Origin: Candidatus Latescibacterota bacterium
GTDB lineage: Bacteria; Latescibacterota; UBA2968; GCA-2709665
Reading direction: 5' to 3'
NCBI GenBank assembly: GCA_965248435.1
Contig: OZ252100.1
Span: forward strand, 4,416,001-4,480,000
DNA length: 64,000 bases
The translations under genes and the position numbers were made by a program. A model generated the notes under the pieces. That model saw nothing but the letters and a program-made list of their open reading frames with translations. It was not told the DNA's origin and made no database searches. Positions 57,513 to 64,000 of the stretch are shown piece after piece. How positions within the stretch are numbered: position 1 is the stretch's first letter; each line of letters begins with the position of its first letter.

Positions 57513-59474
57513 TTAAGCGCTGCGAGACTCGAGTGCTTCGCCCTCCGGAAAATGCTCCCGGAACTGTTGCTCAACTTCCTCGGGGGGGACCGGCCTGGAG
57601 AGTCCGACGTAGAACGCGAGATACCACATGACGAAGATCCCGAAAACGAGCATCAGGAGCTGCCAGACCCAAAGAGATGGCAGACCCAACGGGGCCCAGG
57701 TTGCGGGCTGGTTGGGGTCCGAGAACAGCGTGTTACCGATTACGGCAAACGGGCCGAATCCGAACGCGAACCAGACGACGGTGAGCAGCCAGGCCCAGGG
57801 GACGTGCTTTCGGCGATCTTCAGGAACTCCGGATACGGTCTGGAGGAACCTGTGGCGCTTTTCCTTTGTTGCCTGTCTCTCACCGGACTCTGGAGAGGTC
57901 AGAGAAACGGCGACTGTGACGAGGAGATTAACGAGCATTCCCCAGCCTGCGCTGTGGATCGTGAGGGGATATCGGCCCCACGGCAAGTCCCCGACAGAAA
58001 TGGCCAGGAAATCTGGCAGGAAGAGGTTGAGGAGGTCAGGCAGCGCCTCGATGGGCCGGTCGGTGATGGTGACCGCGACAAGACCGGAGATCAGCCCCCA
58101 TACCACGCCCTTCCCTGTGAGTTTTGGGAAATAGCAGACCCCCATCAAGGCCGGGTACATCTGGAAACCATACGCGACGGCCAAGCCGCCCAGCATCACG
58201 ATGGCCCCGGTAAACTGCGCAGCGACGAACAGCGCGGCGATAGTGACGACAATAACGAAGATACGGCCGCAGAGTTTTTGGACTCGGTCCGACGCCTCCG
58301 GGGAGACGTATTTCCGGTAGATATCCCGTGTTACCATGCCGCTAAATGTGGACATGTAGGCGGCACCCGTGCTCTGCATGGCGGCCAGCGCGCAGACGGC
58401 TAGGAGACCGACGAGCCACGGGGCCGTGTCGGTCAAAAGATTGATCAGCTGAGGGACGAGGTTCTTGTCCGTGACGTCGTGAATGATGCCCCTGGCTGCC
58501 AGGATGTTGCCGCCGATTCCCTGAAAGATGGTAAACGTAAAGAGGATGATTCCGATCACGACCGAGGAGGCGACCACCTGCTGCCATCGAAAGGGTCGGC
58601 TTGTGCGGTTGGCGTAGGCCCACATGGAGAAGGCTGGCGAGGACTGGATCCCCATCAGGGCGAACATGTAGGTCAGACACATAACCCCCGTCCACGAGCT
58701 GCCAACGGCTTGACTCTTGGCTGAGACGGTCTGGATTGCCCCCGGCAAGGCGACGATGCTGGAGTGTCCGGCGGGTGTGATTCGGGTGTTCGAATCGAGC
58801 GCCCCCTTCACATATTTCGCCATCCCTTCTGTAAAGCCGGACCATCCACCTAAAAAGTGAATGGCAACAAATCCAAGGATGGTGATGCCGAGGGCGAGGA
58901 GAATGCACTGGGCGCAGTCCACGTAGGCGACGGAACGGAGCCCTCCTGACGCGACGTAGATCATGACGATGGCCGACAGCGCAAACATGCCGACCTCGAC
59001 GCTGACCAGGCCGTCGGTGAGGGTGTGGAAGAGGTCGCCCGAGGCTCTGAGCTGGACGCCCAGGTAGGGGACGCTGAAGAGAAACGCGACGAGTACCGTG
59101 AGGAGGCGTATGCCGTTTCCCCCGTAGTAGTCGCTGTACATTTCACCCGGAGTGATGTACTTGAAAGCCCGTCCCAGAATCCATTGCCTCCTGAGGAAGA
59201 GCACACCGGTGAACGGGATGGTTATGGCGTAGAAGGAAGCGAAGGCATAGGGCAGTCCGTCGACGAGGATCAGCCCGGGGTGGCCAATGAAGGTCCAGCC
59301 ACTGAAACTTGTAGCGGTGGCGGCCAGGACGAAGACCCAGACGCCGATCGAGCGTCCGGCCACGAAGTAGTCCGCGGAGGTACGAGATTTCTGTGCGCCC
59401 TTGATGCCCCAGAAAAGACAGTAGGCCCAGTAGAGACCGACGAAGATCAAGAGCCAGATAAGTTTTTCGCTCAC
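57513..59474 (-). CDS. Sodium:solute symporter family protein with extra C-terminal 2-TM module
   Basis: DYFVAGRS, ATSFSGWTFIGHPG, GGLRSVAYVD, LAAMQST. Confidence 0.9.
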   Translation of the reverse strand: MSEKLIWLLIFVGLYWAYCLFWGIKGAQKSRTSADYFVAGRSIGVWVFVLAATATSFSGWTFIGHPGLILVDGLPYAFASFYAITIPFTGVLFLRRQWILGRAFKYITPGEMYSDYYGGNGIRLLTVLVAFLFSVPYLGVQLRASGDLFHTLTDGLVSVEVGMFALSAIVMIYVASGGLRSVAYVDCAQCILLALGITILGFVAIHFLGGWSGFTEGMAKYVKGALDSNTRITPAGHSSIVALPGAIQTVSAKSQAVGSSWTGVMCLTYMFALMGIQSSPAFSMWAYANRTSRPFRWQQVVASSVVIGIILFTFTIFQGIGGNILAARGIIHDVTDKNLVPQLINLLTDTAPWLVGLLAVCALAAMQSTGAAYMSTFSGMVTRDIYRKYVSPEASDRVQKLCGRIFVIVVTIAALFVAAQFTGAIVMLGGLAVAYGFQMYPALMGVCYFPKLTGKGVVWGLISGLVAVTITDRPIEALPDLLNLFLPDFLAISVGDLPWGRYPLTIHSAGWGMLVNLLVTVAVSLTSPESGERQATKEKRHRFLQTVSGVPEDRRKHVPWAWLLTVVWFAFGFGPFAVIGNTLFSDPNQPATWAPLGLPSLWVWQLLMLVFGIFVMWYLAFYVGLSRPVPPEEVEQQFREHFPEGEALESRSA

Positions 59475-59494
59475 AGAAATCCTCCGTCAAGAAT

Positions 59495-59519
59495 GAGACG
59501 CCTGCCGGGTTGTCTCTAC
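59495..59519 (-). repeat. GTAGAGAC-type REP
   Basis: Minus strand GTAGAGACAACCCGGCAGGCGTCTC, 3 nt after the stop of the HOT gene. Confidence 0.65.
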
Positions 59520-59522
59520 GGC

Positions 59523-60806
59523 CTACCAAATGGCCATCGAATCGCTGAACAGGGAGGTCAGATCTTCTTCGTCCGCGGGCCGCGGCGACAGTTTGGTCAC
59601 TCGATGCTGGGGCAGCGTGCCTTCTACCAAATCGGGAATGTCCTCTGGTGTGAAGCCGATTGCCGAGAGGCCGTTCGGTAGCTCGAGCTTCTTCATAAGA
59701 GAGATGATCTGGTCGGCCAGGAAATGGCCCGCCTCTGCTTGGACATTCGCGACGTTTGAGGGATCTCCGCCGAGTCTCGCAGCCGCCTGCAGGTGGCGGT
59801 CAGGGTCGGCCGGGCCCGTGAACCGGAAGACAGCCGGAGCGGTGAGGACGACGGACGTGCCGTGAGGTACGATGGGGTGATCCGTCACGAGTCCATCGGG
59901 ACGGTAGTCGCGCACCATACCGGAGACGGGGTAGGACATGCCATGGCAGAGATGTACGCCGGCGTTGCCGAATCCTATGCCTGCGAGACTTGCTGCGAGG
60001 AGCATCTGGCTACGTGCCTCGTCGTCGCTCGGGTCTGCGACGGCGCGCACGATGTAGTTGGCCACGAGATCGACCGCACGGAGGGACCAGAGATCACTGA
60101 TCGGATTGGCGCCCTGATAGGCGGGCCTGAATTTAGGCCGATCAGGCAGGGGACGCTGGTCGAACGGGATGGCCGTAAAGGACTCGAGGGCATGGCACAG
60201 GACATCCAGCCCTGTGGATGCGGCCACGACAGGGGGCATGGTTATTGTGTTTTCCGGATCGACAATGCCCAGGGTAGGTCTGAGCAGTCGATGTGCAATG
60301 CCGGTCTTTGCGTGTTGGTCCACCAGGTCGAAAATTGCCACGCCGGTCGTTTCGCTGCCCGTGCCTGCGGTGGTCGGGACGGCGATGAGCGGTTTTAGCG
60401 GGCCCGGTGGGGGTTTACCCTCACCGATCGGAGCGTTTATATAGGCGAAGAAATCGTCTGGGTAGGTGGCATAGAGGTTTGCGGCCTTCGCTGTATCTAT
60501 TGAGGATCCGCCGCCAACGGCGACGAACCCATCGAACTCTCCCTCTGTTGCGAAGGAGATTGCTTCTTTGAATGAGGCGTCTGTCGGCTCGACGCGAACA
60601 CGGTCGAAGCATGCAAAGTCCACGCCCTCGCGGCGAAGGGATTCCAGCACGGTTTCGACCGGCGGCAGCTGAGCGAGATTCGGATCGGTCAGGACCATCA
60701 CCCGTTTGATGCCCAAATCTGCAAGGTCCATCCCGATTTCGCGCGTAACCCCGTTGCCGAATCGGAGGTTTGAGGTGCTCATCTCGAAGGCGTTGTCTCT
60801 ATCCAT
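59523..60806 (-). CDS. Hydroxyacid-oxoacid transhydrogenase (Fe-ADH family, ADHFE1-like)
   Basis: VEPTDASF, GGGSSIDTAK, PTTAGTGSETTG, RPAYQGANPISD, GFGNAGVHLCHGMSYP, VPHG. Confidence 0.9.
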   Translation of the reverse strand: MDRDNAFEMSTSNLRFGNGVTREIGMDLADLGIKRVMVLTDPNLAQLPPVETVLESLRREGVDFACFDRVRVEPTDASFKEAISFATEGEFDGFVAVGGGSSIDTAKAANLYATYPDDFFAYINAPIGEGKPPPGPLKPLIAVPTTAGTGSETTGVAIFDLVDQHAKTGIAHRLLRPTLGIVDPENTITMPPVVAASTGLDVLCHALESFTAIPFDQRPLPDRPKFRPAYQGANPISDLWSLRAVDLVANYIVRAVADPSDDEARSQMLLAASLAGIGFGNAGVHLCHGMSYPVSGMVRDYRPDGLVTDHPIVPHGTSVVLTAPAVFRFTGPADPDRHLQAAARLGGDPSNVANVQAEAGHFLADQIISLMKKLELPNGLSAIGFTPEDIPDLVEGTLPQHRVTKLSPRPADEEDLTSLFSDSMAIW

Positions 60807-60817
60807 TTATGAATTTG

Positions 60818-60906
60818 TCTCGAGTTTAGGCTTTCAAGCTGAAGCAAAGATCATATGCGGCGTTGGCAGCAGATTTGATTTGAACTCGAAACTAGAAACT
60901 AGAAAC
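60818..60906. repeat. Heptamer (GAAACTA/C) inverted-repeat element
   Basis: TTGAACTCGAAACTAGAAACTAGAAAC (60880-60906) with a degenerate complementary arm at 60818-60838. Confidence 0.55.
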
Positions 60907-61016
60907 CTGAGGTGCTTCGTCAAGTGAAATCTTCGAGAACGAACTGTTCCCGCTCAAGCGTTTCGCACGAGGTGAATTGCGATCGAGAGGGACAACATTC
61001 ATCGGGGAAATGGGCC

Positions 61017-61045
61017 TTGACAACCCCAGAGGGGATATCTATACT
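61017..61045 (+). promoter_or_regulatory. Strong sigma-70 promoter
   Basis: TTGACA-17 bp-TATACT. Confidence 0.8.
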
Positions 61046-61075
61046 ATCCGATATGCTGCGTAAAGGGCCATATCT

Positions 61076-62029
61076 ATGAGATTTACAAGGATATTAGTCT
61101 ATCTTTTGTCTTGCTCGGCGTGCGCTTGCGCAGACCGAAACGCCTACCGCCTTTTGGACGGTGCGTTTGCCTACGAACAGGCCGGAGATCCAGACGCCGC
61201 GCTTGAAGCGTTCAGGGGTGCAGTTGAGGTTCAACCCGACGATCCCTTCCTCCGCCGGATTCTTGGACGCGCTCTTCTACAGCGCGAGATGTACGAAGCG
61301 GCCGTGAGCGAATTGGAGACGGTTCTCGTCGCAGAGCCCCACTATCTCGAGGCCTATCAAGATCTCGCGTACGCATTGAGCGCACAGGGGATGCCGGAGG
61401 CAGGCATGGGGTGGCTAGAGCGCGCCGTTCGCGAGGTGGGCGCCTATCTACCGATTCAAAGACAGTTGGTTGATCTCTATCTGGCACACGATCGGTCCGA
61501 AGAGGCGATGGCTCTCCTGACAGACGCCGTGGAACGCTGGCCTGATGAGACGTGGGCACATTTCCTGTTAGGCAAACTGTATCAGCAGCTGGACATGGTC
61601 GAGAAGGCGGAGGCCGCTTTTAGAAGGTCCGTAAAGATCGAGCCGGACCTGGGGGTGGCCTATGCTTCGCTGGGAAATCTGCTTTACGAGCAACGCCGCT
61701 ACAGTGATGCGATTCAGGCTTACACAGAGGCCATATCTATCAACACTCGAGATCATGCCAGCCTCAACAACCTTGCCTGGGTCTATGCCACGGAGGGGAC
61801 GAAACTGGAAATGGCAGAGCGTCTGTCTCGTCGCTCGCTCAGACTGGTGCCCGATTCTCCCACCTATCTGGACACGCTAGCTGAAATCTACTTCAGAGCA
61901 GGAGAAAGGGAACTCGCGACCCAATTTGTCCGGCAGGCGATTGCCCTGAAGCCCGACGACCCCGAGTTGATGGAGCATCTTCGAAGGCAACTGAAGAGGT
62001 TTACCGCTCCAAATCACGGAAAGGTGTGA
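61076..62029 (+). CDS. TPR-repeat (lipo)protein
   Basis: Signal with Cys; multiple TPRs; LNNLAWVYA, YLDTLAEIYF. Confidence 0.85.
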   Translation: MRFTRILVYLLSCSACACADRNAYRLLDGAFAYEQAGDPDAALEAFRGAVEVQPDDPFLRRILGRALLQREMYEAAVSELETVLVAEPHYLEAYQDLAYALSAQGMPEAGMGWLERAVREVGAYLPIQRQLVDLYLAHDRSEEAMALLTDAVERWPDETWAHFLLGKLYQQLDMVEKAEAAFRRSVKIEPDLGVAYASLGNLLYEQRRYSDAIQAYTEAISINTRDHASLNNLAWVYATEGTKLEMAERLSRRSLRLVPDSPTYLDTLAEIYFRAGERELATQFVRQAIALKPDDPELMEHLRRQLKRFTAPNHGKV

Positions 62030-62035
62030 TGAAAC

Positions 62036-62532
62036 GTGGCAGAAGAACCCGAAGCCGAACCGCAAGAGGATAGGAAACCGCCTACGGATCCTGGCAAGTA
62101 CCTGGTATTGATCCTTGCGATTCTCGGATTGGAGGCTGTGGGTGGATACGTGGTTATCAACCGGGCCATTCCTCCACGAGAAGACTTTGTCGAGGAGGGC
62201 ATTGAAGAGCTGGAGTCTCAGGGGGAATTCAAGCCGCCTCTGTTTTTCACGGATCTCAAAAAGATGGTGATCAACCCTGTGGAACAAAAGGGAATGCATC
62301 TCGTTCAACTCAGTCTGGCCCTCGAGGTTGACTCAGAGATTGTGCTCGACGAGCTCAAGAAAAAGCAAGCGATGATACAGGATCTGATCCTTCAAAGACT
62401 GGAATCGTTTCCGATTCGGTCTATCAGAGATCCCCATAAGGACGACGTTCGTGAAGCGCTGAAACGGATTATCAATGCAGAGCTGAAGAACGGCGAAGCC
62501 CTGGCGGTCTATTTTACCGATATCGTCGTCCA

Positions 62533-62536
<4 letters not shown>
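62036..62536 (+). CDS. FliL family protein
   Basis: Single TM; MVINP, HLVQLSLALEV, IQDLIL, LKRIIN, VYFTDIVVQ. Confidence 0.75.

Positions 62537-64000
<1,464 letters not shown>

Overview
GC-rich bacterial chromosome segment. Gene content (DUF4837 lipoprotein, Bacteroidota-type GroES and ComEA-like protein, split gcvPA/PB, archaeal-type ProRS, RpoD paralogues, FGE-sulfatase proteins) suggests an FCB-superphylum organism such as Latescibacterota; this is inference. Most of 14.6-64 kb is housekeeping or ordinary accessory genes (sbcCD, recG, hflKC, coaE, gcvPAB, proS, two ferritins, pgsA-like, eno). The most unusual structure is at tRNA-Leu(TAA): its 3' 16 bp recur at 4413 and 8510 and delimit two tandem cargo units with no intact integrase. 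Both units carry relics resembling a serine recombinase whose reading frame ran through the att site. Other highlights are a consensus sigma-54 promoter ahead of a sigma-70-family gene next to a sensor-less enhancer-binding protein, three M-x-W/TM/coiled-coil proteins, divergent ferritins (one with a site-C Glu-to-Arg change), unannotated small ORFs, GTAG-type REPs, short-period (7-9 nt) repeat elements, and several abrupt gene truncations that may be assembly artefacts. All calls are by eye; no searches were run.
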